Positions 39,452 through 51,995 of a stretch of 64,000 bases of DNA are shown piece after piece. The notes under the pieces were generated by a model, which had not been told where the DNA came from, did not search any database, and worked only from the letters and a program-made list of their open reading frames with translations. This stretch comes from Squalus acanthias (lineage: Eukaryota). Within the stretch, counting starts at the first letter, position 1. Every line of letters starts with the position of its first letter. The position numbers and the translations under genes were made by a program. Where the stretch lies: the NCBI GenBank assembly GCA_030390025.1, contig CM059431.1, forward strand, positions 97,280,001-97,344,000. The letters run 5' to 3'.

Positions 39452-42260
39452 TCATGTCCCTGCTTTCTCCCCATATCCCTTGATCCCTTTAGCCTTAAGA
39501 AATATATCTATCCCCTTCTTGAATATATTTAATGAATTGGCCTCAACTGCCTTCTGTGGTAGAGAATTCCACAGGTTCACCACTCTCTGGGTGAACAAAT
39601 TCCTCCTCATCTCAGTCCTAAATGGATTACCCCTTATCCTTAGACTGTGACCTCTGGTTCTGGACTCCCCCACCATTGGGAACATCCTTCCTGCATCTAG
39701 TCTGTCTAGTCCTGTTAGAATTTTATAAGTTTCAATGAGATCCCCTCTCATTCTTCAAAACTCTAGCGAATATAAGCCTAATCAACCCAATCTCTCTTCA
39801 TACGTCATTCCTGCCATCCCAGGTATCAGTCTGGTAAATCTTCGCTGCACTCCCTCCATGGCAAGAACATCCTTCCTCAGATAAGGCGACCAAAACTGCA
39901 CACAATACTCAAGGTGTGGTCTCACCACGGCCTTGTACAACTGCAGCAAGACATCCTTGCTCCTGTACTCAAATCCTCTCGCTATGAAGGCCAACATACC
40001 ATTTGCCTTCTTAACCGCCTGCTGCACCTGCATGCTTACCTTCAGCGACTGGTGCACAAGGACGCCCAGATCTCATTGCACTTCCCCTTTTACCAATCTA
40101 TTGCCGTTCAGATAATAATCTGTCTTCCTGTTTTTGCCACCAAAGTGGATAACCTCGCATTTATCCAAATTATACTACATCTTCCATGCATCTGCCCAAT
40201 CACCCAACCTATCCAAATCATACTGGAGTTTCTCTGCATCCTCCTCACAGCACACTTGCCCACCCAGCTTTGTGTCGTCTGCAAACCTGGAGATATTACA
40301 TCTAGTTCCCTCGTCTAGATCATTAATATATATTGTCAATAGCTGGGGTACTAGCACTGATCCCTGCGGTACCCCACTAGTCACTGCCTGCCACTCGGAA
40401 AAAGATCCGTTTATTCCAACTCTTTGCTTCCTCTCTGCCAACCAGTTCTCATCCAAATCAGTACCTTACCCCCAATCCCATGTGCGTTAACTTTGCACGC
40501 TAATCTCTTATGCGGGACCTTATTGAAAGCCTACTGGTTCTCCCTTATCTATTCTACCAGTTACATCCTCAAAAAATTCCAGTAGATTAGTCAGGCATGA
40601 TTTACCTTTTGTAAATCCATGTTGACTTTGTCCGATCCGGTCACTGTTTTCCATGTGCTCTGCTATTACATCTTTTATAATGGATTCTAGCATTTTGCCC
40701 ACTACCGATGTCAGGCTTACCGGACTATAATTCCCCATTTTTTCACTACCACCTTTTTTAAATAGTGGGGTTACATTAGCTACCCTCCAATCCATGGGAA
40801 CTGTTCCAGAGTCTATAGAATTTTGAAAGATGACCAGCAATGCATCTACTATTTCTAGGGCTACTTCCTTAAGTACCCTAGGATGTAGATTATCAGGCCC
40901 TGGGGATTTATCGGCCTTCAATCCCGTCAATTTCCCAAACACCATTTCCCTACAAATACTGATTTCATTCAATTCCTCCCTCTCATTAGACCCTATGTTC
41001 TCCAACATCTCTGGGAGTTTATTTGTGTCCTCCTTTGTGAAGACAGAACCAAAGTATGTATTTAATTGGTCTGCCATTTCTTTGTTCCCCATTATAAATT
41101 CCCCTGATTCTGACTGCAAGGGATCTACGCTTGACTTCACCAATCTTATTCTCTTCACATATCTATAGAAGCTTTTACAGTCAGTTTTTATGTTCCCTGA
41201 AAGCTTACTCTCATATTCTATTTTCCCCCTCTTAATTAATCCCTTTGTCCTCCTTTGCTGAATTCTAAACTGCTCCCAATCCTCAGGTTTGCTGCTTTTT
41301 CTGGCCAATTTATATGTCCTCTCCTTGGATCTTATGCTATCCCTAATTTCCCTTGTTAGCCACGGTTGAGTCACCTTTTTTGTTTTATTTTTATGCCAAA
41401 CAGGGATGAACAAATTCTGTAGTTCATCCATGCGATCTTGAAATGTTTGCCATTGCCTATCCACCATCAACCCTTTAAGTAACGCTCCCCAATCCATCCT
41501 AGCCAACTTGCACCTCATACCATCATAGTTTCCTTTATTTAAATTCAGGACCCTAGTCTCTGAGTCAATTACTTCACTCGCCATCTTAATGAGGAATTCT
41601 ATCATATTATGATCGCTCCTCCCCAAGGGGCCTCGCACAACAAGATTGCTAATTAATCCTTTCTCATTACATAATACCCAGTCTAATATGGCCTGATATC
41701 TAGTTGGTTCCTCGACATATTGGTCCAGGAAACCATCACGTATACACTCTAGGAATTGCTCCTCCACAGTATTGTTACTAATTTGGTTAGCCCAATCCAT
41801 ATGTAGATTAAAGTCACCCATGATAACTGCTGTGCCCTTATTGCACGCGTCTCTAATTTCCCATTTAATGCCATCCCCAACCTCAGTATTACTGTTTGGG
41901 TGTCTGTATACAACTCCCACTAACGTTTTCTGCCCCTTGGTATTTCTCAGTTCTACCCATACAGATTCCACATCATCAGAGCTAATATCCTTCCTTACAA
42001 TTGAGTTAATCTCCTCTTTAACCAGCAATGCTACCCCACCTCCTTTTCCTTTTTGTCTGTCCTTCCTGAATATTGAATACCCCTGGATGTTGAATTCCCA
42101 GCCTTGGTCACCCTGGAGCCATGTCTCCATAATCCCAATTATATCATATCCGTTTACATCTATTTCTGCAGCTAATTCATCCACCTTATTACGAATGCTC
42201 CTCGCATTAAGACAAAGCCTTCAGGCTTGTTTTTATAACACTCTTAGTCCTTTTAGAATT
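39452..42260 (-). pseudogene. CR1 ORF2 (APE endonuclease and reverse transcriptase), disrupted
   Basis: ETWL, GDFN, SDHN, KSPGPD, QHGF, PQGSVL, FADD and PHLEYC motifs split over ORFs 40520-42184, 40175-40456, 39782-40057 and 39452-39751; DVVYLDF deleted near 40530. Confidence 0.93.
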
Positions 42261-42400
42261 ATTATTTACTGTAGCCCTGTTTGATTTACACCCTTGATTT
42301 CTCTGCCTTCCACTTTTGCTTTTCTCCTTCCTGTCTTTTGCTTCTATCCTTGCTTTCCTTTCCTCTGTTTCCCTGCACAGGTTCCCAACCCCCTGCCATT

Positions 42401-43351
42401 TTAGTTTAAACCCTCCCCAACAGCACTAGCAAACACTCCCCCTAGGACATCAGTCCCGGTCCTGCCCAGGTGCAAACTGTCCAGTTTGTACTGGTCCCAC
42501 CTCCCCCAGAACTGGTTCCAATGTCCCAGGAATTTGAATCCCTCCCCCTTGCACCATTCCTCTGGCCATGTATTCATCTGAAATATCCTTCTATTTCTAC
42601 TGTGACTCGCATGTGGCACCGGTAGCAATCCTGAGATTACTACCTTTGAGGTCCTATTTTTTAATTTACCTCCTAACTCCATATATTCTGCTTTTAGGAT
42701 CTCATCCCGTTTTTTACCTATATCGTTGGTACCTATATGCACCACGACAACTGGCTGTTCACCCTCCCCCTCCAGAATGCCCTGCAGCCGCTGCGAGACA
42801 TCCTTGACCCTTGCAGCAGGGAGGCAACATGCCATCCTGGAGTCTCGTTTCCGGCCGCTGAAACACCTATCTATTCCCCTTACAATAGAATCCCCTATCA
42901 CTATAGCTCTCCTGCTCTTTTTCCTCCCGTCCTGTGCAGCAGAACCACCCAAGGTGCCAGGAAGTTGGCTGCTGCTGCCTTCCCCCGATAAGCCATCTCC
43001 CTCAACAATATCCAAAGTGGTATATCTGTTTGAGAGGGGGATGTCCACAGGGGACCCCTGCACTACCTGCCTGCACCTACCACTCTGCCTGGTGGTCACC
43101 CATTCCCTTCCTGCCTGTGCAGCCTTTACCTGCGGTGTGACCAACTCCCTAAACGTGCTATCCACGATGTCCTCAGCATCGCGAATGCTCCAGTAGGCAT
43201 CCATTCGCAGCTCCAGTGCCGTAATGCAGTCTACCAGTAGCTGCAGCTGGATACACTTCCCGCACACATGGTCAACAGGGACACAGGAAGTGTCCCTGAT
43301 TTCCCACATAGTACAGGAGGAGCATGCCACGGGGCTGAGCTGTGCTGCCAT
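42401..43351 (-). CDS. CR1 ORF1 protein (N-terminal Cys motif and SGNH/GDSL esterase-like domain), open 316 aa
   Basis: CSSC..CGKC; IVIGDSIVRG, VVVHIGTND and D.LHL esterase blocks. Confidence 0.88.
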   Translation of the reverse strand: MAAQLSPVACSSCTMWEIRDTSCVPVDHVCGKCIQLQLLVDCITALELRMDAYWSIRDAEDIVDSTFRELVTPQVKAAQAGREWVTTRQSGRCRQVVQGSPVDIPLSNRYTTLDIVEGDGLSGEGSSSQLPGTLGGSAAQDGRKKSRRAIVIGDSIVRGIDRCFSGRKRDSRMACCLPAARVKDVSQRLQGILEGEGEQPVVVVHIGTNDIGKKRDEILKAEYMELGGKLKNRTSKVVISGLLPVPHASHSRNRRIFQMNTWPEEWCKGEGFKFLGHWNQFWGRWDQYKLDSLHLGRTGTDVLGGVFASAVGEGLN

Positions 43352-43659
43352 GACTTCTCCTTTAATTATTTTAAATTAACTCAAATCAATACCACAAATT
43401 ACACTACAATTAAATGATATACTCAAGGGCCCTTGTATACTAGCGCTCCCTGCTACACAACAGAGACCTTAGAAACTATAACCACAAAAATTAGGACCTT
43501 CTAAACTTTATAAACTATTAACCTTAACTGTCAAACTACAGAGTAGTATAAATACTCACCTGGCCGTACTCACCCAATCAGCTGCTTCCTCTTGTCCGCA
43601 TCACTTTTTGAATTGTGACGTGGCTTTGGAACGCTGCCGCCGGTCTGCGAGATTGGTAA

Positions 43660-43881
43660 GCCTCTGCAAAAAAGCCCGCGAAAGTGAGTTTAAATAATCA
43701 CTGTGCTGCTGCTCTATCCACTCCCGACACTGGCCTCTGCAAAAAAGCCCGCGAAAGTGAGTTTAAATATTCACTGCGCTGCTGCTCTATCCGCTCTCGA
43801 CACTGGCCTCTGCAAAAAAGCCCGCAAAAGTGAGTTTACCTACTCACTGTGCTGCTGCTCTCTCCGCTCCCGACACTGGCT
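43660..43881. repeat. Three 73-bp tandem monomers at the CR1 5' end
   Basis: GCCTCTGCAAAAAAGCCCGC at 43660, 43733 and 43806. Confidence 0.93.
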
Positions 43882-43883
43882 TC

Positions 43884-46800
43884 TCAAACAACCTGAGACA
43901 CAATCTGTCACTCAACCAGTCACATAAACTGTGAAAAAAACCTGTCACACAAACTGACTCTCAACCTGTGACACAACCTGTCACTCAACCTGTTACACAA
44001 CATGTGACACAACTTGTCACACAACCTGTGACACAACATGTGACTCAACCTATCAAACAACCTGTGACACAATCTGTCACTCAACCAGTCACATAAACTG
44101 TGAAAAAAACCTGTCACACAAACTGTCTCTCAACCTGTGATACAACCTGTGATTCAACCTGTCACTCAACCTGTGACACAACTTGTGACACAACCTGTGA
44201 CACAACTTGTGATACAACCAGTCACTCAACCTGTCACTCAACCTGTGACACAACATGTGACACAACTTGTCACACAACCTGTGACACAACATGTGACTCA
44301 ACCTATCAAACAACCGGCGTCACAATCTGTCGCTCAACCAGTCACATAAACTGTGAAAAAAAACCTGTCACACAAACTGTCTCTTAACCTGTGACACAAT
44401 CTGTGACACAACCTGTAACACAAACTGTCACTCAATCTGTCTCACAACCTGTCACTCAACCAGTCACACCTTTATCACACAACGGGTAACACAAACTGTG
44501 ACACAACCTCTGACACAACGTGTGACACAACCTGTGACACAACCTGTCACAAAACCTGACACTAAACCTGACACAGAACCCATGACACAACCTGTCACTC
44601 AACCTGTGACACAACCTGTGACACAATCTGTGACACAACCTAAGACACAATCTGTCACACGACCTGTGACAACAGCTGTGACACAACTTGTCACACAACC
44701 CATGACACAACCTATCATAAAACTGTTACACAACTTGTCACACAACTTGTCACACAATGTGTGACAAAACCTGTCTCCAAACTGTGACACAACCTGTGAC
44801 ACAACCTGTCACAGAGTCTGTGATGCAACCTGACACACAACCTGACACTCAACCTGTGACACAGCCTGTGAAACAACCTGTCACTCAACTTGTGACACAA
44901 CCTGTCACACAACCTGTCACACAACCTGTCACAAAACCTGTCACACCACCTGTTACACAACCTGTGGCACAAACTGTGACAAAAGCTGTGACACAATCTG
45001 TCACTCAACCAGTCACAAATCCTCTGCCAAAACCTGTCACAGAAGCTGTGACACATCCTGTGACATAACCTGCAGCACAACGTGTGACACAACCTGTTGC
45101 ACAACCTGTCACTCAACCTGTGACACCACATGTCACTCAACCTGTCACACAAACTGTGACACAACCTGTGACACAGCCTGTCACACAACCTGTTACACAA
45201 CTTGTCACAAAACCTGCCACACAACATGTCACATAACCTGCTACACATCCTGTGACACAACATGTCACACAATTTGACAAATAACCTGTGACACAACTTG
45301 CCACTCCACCTGTCACACAACCTGAGACAGTATCTGTCTCACAACCTGTGATGCAACCCATGACACAATCTGACACATAACGTGTGACAGAACATGTGAC
45401 ACAACTTGTCATACAACCTGTGACACAAAATGTCACACCGCTTGACACACAACCTGACACACAACCTGTGACACAACGATTCACACAACCTGTGATGCAA
45501 CCTGTGGCACATTCTGGCACACAACATGTGACACAACGTGTGACATAACTTGTCACTCAACCTGTCACTCAAAATGTGACACAAACTGTGTCACACAACC
45601 TGACACACAACCGGACACACACAGTGTGACACAGCCTGTGACACAGCCAGTCACACAGCCTGTGACACAACCTCTCACACAACCTGTCACATAACCTGTC
45701 ACTCAACCTGTCACTCAACCTGTGACACAATTTGTCACACAACCTGGGACACAACCGGTGACACAACTATTCACACACCCAGTGACACCACCTGTCACAC
45801 AACCTGCCTCTCAGCCTGTGACACAACCTCTCACACAACCTGTCACACAACCTGTCACTCAACCAGTCACTCAACGTGTGACACAATTTGTCACACAACC
45901 TGGGACACAACCTGTGATACAACCTGTGACACAACCTGCCACTCAACCTGTCACACAACCTGTCACAAAACCTGTCACACCACCTGTTACACAACCTGTG
46001 ACACAAACTGTGACAAAAGCTGTGACACAATCTGTCACTCAACCAGTCACAAATCCTCTGCCAAAACCTGTCACAGAAGCTGTGACACATCCTGTGACAT
46101 AACCTGCAGCACAACGTGTGACACAACCTGTTGCACAACCTGTCACTCAACCTGTGACACCACATGTCACTCAACCTGTCACACAAACTGTGACACAACC
46201 TGTGACACAGCCTGTCACACAACCTGTTACACAACTTGTCACAAAACCTGCCACACAACATGTCACATAACCTGCTACACATCCTGTGACACAACATGTC
46301 ACACAATTTGACAAATAACCTGTGACACAACTTGCCACTCCACCTGTCACACAACCTGAGACAGTACATGTCTCACAACCTGTGATGCAACCCGTGACAC
46401 AATCTGACACATAACGTGTGACAGAACATGTGACACAACTTGTCATACAACCTGTGACACAAAATGTCACACCGCTTGACACACAACCTGACACACAACC
46501 TGTGACACAACGATTCACACAACCTGTGATGCAACCTGTGGCACATTCTGGCACACAACATGTGACACAACGTGTGACATAACTTGTCACTCAACCTGTC
46601 ACTCAAAATGTGACACAAACTGTGTCACACAACCTGACACACAACCGGACACACACAGTGTGACACAGCCTGTGACACAGCCAGTCACACAGCCTGTGAC
46701 ACAACCTCTCACACAACCTGTCACATAACCTGTCACTCAACCTGTCACTCAACCTGTGACACAATTTGTCACACAACCTGGGACACAACCTGTGACACAA

Positions 46801-48475
46801 CTATTCACACACCCAGTGACACCACCTGTCACACAACCTGCCTCTCAGCCTGTGACACAACCTCTCACACAACCTGTCACACAACCTGTCACTCAACCAG
46901 TCACTCAACCTATGACACAATTTGTCACACAACCTGGGACACAACCTGTGATACAACCTGTCACACAACCTGTCACTCAACCAGTCACTCAACCTATGAC
47001 ACAATTTGTCACACAACCTGGGACACAACCTGTGATACAACCTGTGACACAACCTGCCACTCAACCTGTCACTCAACCTGTGACACAACATGTCACACAA
47101 CCTGTCACATAATTTGACACACAACCTATGACACAATCTCTGACACAACCTGTCACACAACTGTTACACAAACTGCCACTCAACATGTGACACAATTTGT
47201 CACACAACCATCACAGAACTTGTGACACAACTTGTCACACAACCTGTTACACAACCTGCCACTCAACATGTGACACAATTTGTCACACAACCATCACAGA
47301 ACTTGTGACACAACTTGTTACACAACCTGTTACACAACCTGCCACTCAACGTGTGACACAATTTGTCACACAACCTATCACTCAGCCTGTGACAAAACCT
47401 GTGACACAACCTGTGACACAAACTGTGACACAAACTGTTACTCAATCTGTGTCACAACCTGTCACTCAACCAGTCACACCCTTATCACACAACCGGTGAC
47501 ACAACCTGTGACACAACCTGTGACACAACATGTGGCAGAACCTGTGACACAACATGTCACACAACCTATGACACAACCTGTGACACAACAAATCACTCAA
47601 CCTGTCTCACAACCTGTGACACAACAAATCACTCAACCTGTCTCACAACCTGTGACACAACTTGTCACACAAACTGTCACTCAACCTGTCACAAAACCTG
47701 ACACACAACCTGACACGGAACCCATGACACAACTTGTCACTCAACCTATGACACAACCTGTGACACAACCTAAGACACAATCTGTCACATAACCTGTGAC
47801 ACCAGCTGTGACACAACTTCCCAAAGAACCCGTGACACAACCTATCATAAAACTGTTACACAACTTGTCACACAACTTGTCACACAACATGTGACAAAAC
47901 TTGTCTCCAAACTGTGACACAACCTGTGACACAACCTGTCACAGAACCTGTGATGCAACCTGACACACGACCTGACACACAACCTGTGACAGAACCTGTG
48001 ACACAACCTGTCATTCAACCTATCACACTACCTGTGACACAGCCTGTGAAACAACCTGTCACTCAAATTGTGACACAACCTGTGACACAACCTGTGACAC
48101 AACCTGTTACACAACTTGTTACACAACCTGCCACTCAATGTGCGACACAATTTGTCACGCAACCTGTCACTCAGCCTGTGACTAAACCTGTCACACAACC
48201 TGTCACATAACCTGTCACACAACCTGTCACACAAATTGTTACACAACAAGCCACTCAACGTGTGACAGAATTTGTCACACAACCTGTGACACAACTTGTC
48301 ACACAAGCTGTGACACAACCTGTCACACGACCTGTTACACAATCTGTGACACAAATTGTCACACAACCTGTCACACAACCTGTTACGCAAACTGTCACTC
48401 AACCTGTGACACAACTTGTCACACAATCTGTGACACAACTTGTCACTGAACCTGTCACACAACCAGTGACACACT
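43884..48475. repeat. 12-bp satellite, right arm, including a 1034-bp duplication
   Basis: Same unit as the left arm; ORF pairs 45137/46171, 45339/46373 and 45569/46603 are offset by 1034. Confidence 0.98.
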
Positions 48476-49169
48476 AACTGCATACTCATTAACAGTGTGC
48501 TCACTCACTGTGACTCACTCGCTGTGACTCACTAATTTAAGGTGTCAGTCTGACCATTTTACGCCTGTTTAATGCTTTGCAGCTGCTGATGTGCCAGCGA
48601 TTCTCCCTGAGACGTTTAATGCAGGGAACCTCTGCACGTTGTGTGCAAAGCTTGGCAGCAGGTCACTGTGCCCCGAATTTCTGCTTATTCACTTAAATTC
48701 TCAGAAAATCGGGCGCGTCCCAGATTGGGAAGTCACTGCCCTCGGTGTCCAGATCTCTGATTGGCATTCCACTGGGTAAGACTCCCACCACGGAGAGTTG
48801 AAACAGGCACCCAAGAAATGACCCAAACCAATCCTGCACAGAATAGTCTGACATTAAATCAGAAATGACTCGATGTTCTTCAGTGAGTGGGACTCAGGTT
48901 GCACGCAGGGCTGTGTGAGACTCGGGTCGAGAGTCAACAAAGGAAGCAGCCACATTTTACTGACTGCTGAAGGCAGCAGCTGAGTCCACACTCTCCAAAG
49001 CCTCATTGTCTTTCAAAGTAAACAGTAATGGCTGGTTGGTCCTGATGTAATCTGAGTACAAGTGAACACTACACACCCGTCTCCTGACTCAAACTCCAAC
49101 AAAACCTACCTTTCCGTGTACATTGGTTAACATTATCAACACAACAGCTGTGTAAAAGCACACCTGTAA

Positions 49170-49412
49170 ACATTGGAGAAAGTGCAATCAAGATTTACAA
49201 GGATGATACCAGAACTGAGAGGTTATACAACTATCAGGAAAGACTGAAGAGGCTGGGACTCTTTTCTCAGAGAATAGAGAAGTCTGAGGGGTGAACTGGT
49301 CTTTAAGATTATGAAGGGGTTTGATAGGGTAGACGTAGAGAAGACGTTTCCACTTGTGGGAGAGACCAGAACAAGGAGTCATAAATATAAGATAGTCACT
49401 AATAAATCCAAT
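49170..49412 (+). mobile_element. CR1 ORF2 C-terminal fragment (same family as 20993-21495), 3' end missing
   Basis: RFTRMIPELRG..KGFDRVDVEKTFPLVGETRTRSHKYKIVTNKSN. Confidence 0.88.
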
Positions 49413-51485
49413 TGGAGGGAGAAGGGCGAACAGCCAGTTGTTGTGATGCACATAGGCATCAACGATATAGGTAAAAAATGGGATGAGGTCCTAAAAGCAG
49501 AATATAGGGAGTTAGGAGGTAAATTAAAAAATAGGACCTCAAAGGTAGTAATCTCAGGATTGCTACCAGTGCCACGTGCTAGTCAGAGTAGAAATAGGAG
49601 GATATTTCAAATGAATACGTGGCTAGAGGAATGGTGCAAGGGGGAGGGATTCAAATTCCTTGGACATTGGAACCGGTTCTGGGGGAGGTGGGACCAGTAC
49701 AAAAAGGACGGTCTGCACCTGGGCAGGGCCGGGACTGATGTCCTAGGGGGAGTGTTTGCCAGTGCTGTTGGGGAGGGTTTAAACTAAAGTGGCAGGTGGT
49801 TGGGAACCTGAGCAGGGAGACAGAGGAAAGGGAAACAAGGATAAAAGCAAAAGACAGGAAGGAGAAAAATAAAAGTAGAAGGCAAAGAACTCAACGGTTT
49901 AAATCAAACATGGTCACAGTAAATAATAATTCATATAGGTCTGAGAGCATTAAAAAAACAAACCTGAAGGCTTTGTGTCTTAATGCAAGGAGCATTCGGA
50001 ACAAGGTGGATGAATTAGCTGTACAAATAGAGGTAAATGAATACAATTTGATTGGGATTACAGAAACATGGCTCCAGGGTGGCCAAGGCTGGGAACTCAA
50101 CATCCAGGGGTATTCAATATTTAGGAAAGATAGGCAAAAAAGAAAGGGAGGTGGGGTAGCATTGCTGGTTAAAGAGGGGATTAACACAATTGAAAGGAAG
50201 GATAGTAGCTCTGATGATGCGGAATCTGTATGGGTAGAACTGAGAAATAACAAGGGGCAGAAAACGTTAGTGGGAGTGGTATATAGACCCCCAAACAGTA
50301 ATACGGAGGTTGGGGATGGCATTAAAAGGGAAATTAGAGAAGCATGCAGTAAGGGCACAGCAGTCATCATGGGTGACTTTAATTTACATATAGATTGGGC
50401 TAACCAAATTAGTAAAAATACTGTGGAGGAGGAATTCCTAGAATGTTTACGGGATGGTTTTCTGGAACAATATGTCGAGGAACCAACCAGAGATCAGGCC
50501 ATCTTAGACTGGGTATTATGTAATGAGAAAGGATTAATTAGCAATCTTGCTGTACGAGGCCCCTTGGGTCAGAGTGATCATAATATGATAGAATTCTTCA
50601 TTAGGATGGAGAGTGAAGTAGTTGAATCAGAGACTAGGGTCCTGAATTTAAATAAAGGAAACTACGATGGTATGAGGCGCGAATTGGATAGGATTGATTG
50701 GGGAATGTCACTCAAAGGGTTGACGGTGGATAGGCAATGGCAAACATTCAAAGACTGCATGGATGAACTACAGAATTTGTTCATCCCAGTGTGGCATAAG
50801 AATAAAACAAAAAGGGTGACTCAACCGTGGCTAACAAGGGAAATTAGGGATAGCATAAGATCCAAGGAGAGGACATATAAATTGGCCAGAAAAAGCGGTA
50901 ACCCTGAGGATTGGGAGCAGTTTAGGATTCAACAAAGGAGGACAAAGGGATTAATTAAGAAGGGGAAAATAGAATATGAAAGTAAGCTTTCAGGGAACAT
51001 AAAAACTGACTGTAAGAGCTTTTATAGATATGTGAAGAGAAAAAGATTAGTGAAATCAAGTGTAGGTCCCTTGCAGTCAGAAGCGGGGGAAGTTATAATG
51101 GGGAACAAAGAAATGGCAGACCAATTAAATGCATATTTTGGTTCTGTCTTCACAAAGGAGGACACAAATAACCTCTCAGAGATGTTGGAGAACATAGGGT
51201 CTGATGAAAGGGAGGAACTGAAAGAAATCAGTATTTGCAGGGAAATGGTGTTCGGGAAATTGACGGGATTGAAGGCAGATAAATCCCCAGGGCCTGATAA
51301 TCTACATCCTAGGGTACTTAAGGAAGTGGCCCTAGAAATAGTAGATGCATTGCTGATCATCTTCCAACTTTCGATGGAATCTGGAACTGTATCCATGGAT
51401 TGGAGGGTAGCTAATGTTACCCCACTATTCAAAAAGGGTGGTAGAGAGAAAGCAGGGAATTACAGACCAGTAAGCCTGACATCGG
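49413..51485 (+). mobile_element. Internal CR1 fragment (ORF1 C-terminus and ORF2 N-terminal half), same family as 39387-43883
   Basis: VVVMHIGIND..SAVGEGLN*, then an open ORF2 from LNARSIRNK to YRPVSLTS. Confidence 0.95.
49796..51485 (+). pseudogene. CR1 ORF2, APE domain and linker, truncated at the start of RT
   Basis: ETWL, YRPP, GDFN, SDHN and KSPGPD motifs; homology stops after PVSLTS. Confidence 0.9.
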
Positions 51486-51489
51486 CTTT

Positions 51490-51994
51490 AAAATTAACCG
51501 GGATCTTGGGTTTATGTCACGATACATGACGTGATCCGGACTCGAGTCGTCGTTGGCTTGTTCACAGATGTGATTCCCAGTAAAAAAGTAAAAATTTTCC
51601 CAGTAAAAAAGTAAAAATTTTAAAGCTTTTCGTTTTACATACAGACGGCAGCTTTTGACACGTTAGAACCCCTGCGACTACACCTCATTGTCTCAGTTGT
51701 ATCTTGCTATGTCTTTGATGTGGTACCTTCCTGGCTGACCTGATTAACTTTATCACACCTCGGCAGATAGTCAGGATGATTTAATTTAGTTGTCTGCAAT
51801 TGTAAGGTACACATGCTTTGTTCTCTATCTATATATGCTTTGACGATTCTGTATCTATTTACTTCACCTGAGGAAGGGGCAATCGATAGCTCCGAAAGCT
51901 TGTGATTTCAAATAAAACTGTTGGACTATAACCTGGTGTTGTGCGACCTCTCAATTTTGTCCACCCCAGTCCAACACCGGCATCTCCGCATCAT
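51490..51994 (+). mobile_element. Penelope-like element 3' end (ORF C-terminus and terminal repeat)
   Basis: AACCGGGATCTTGGGTTTATGTCACGATACATG = NRDLGFMSRYM, resembling my recollection of PLE GIY-YIG C-termini; hammerhead core followed by AATAAA. Confidence 0.72.
51856..51914 (+). ncRNA. Putative minimal type I hammerhead ribozyme
   Basis: CUGAGGA core at 51868-51874; stem II GGGGC/GCUCC; GAAA at 51894-51897; palindromic AGCU in place of stem III; stem I UCAC/GUGA plus UAUUU/AAAUA. Confidence 0.7.
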
Positions 51995-51995
51995 G

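Larger units (their letters stand above)
39387..43883 (-). mobile_element. Near full-length CR1 LINE (about 4.5 kb) inserted in the satellite
   Basis: 5' UTR, ORF1, ORF2 and (TTCTATGC)2 tail; TCAAA duplicated at 39382-39386 and 43884-43888. Confidence 0.96.

Noticed and set aside
2788..48475. Immunoglobulin/TCR locus (CACAGTG heptamers; ACAAAACC in the 12-mer array)
   Set aside because: Heptamer and nonamer-like words lie in different arrays, never at 12/23 spacing, and no V/J coding segments are visible
27132..48477. Mucin-like (TQPV)n or Cys-rich (CDRL)n protein
   Set aside because: Frequent stops, 1-bp phase shifts and a LINE insertion; no signal peptide or flanking exon seen
49311..49787. 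Novel fusion ORF
   Set aside because: Chance in-frame junction of a CR1 ORF2 tail with another CR1's ORF1 fragment
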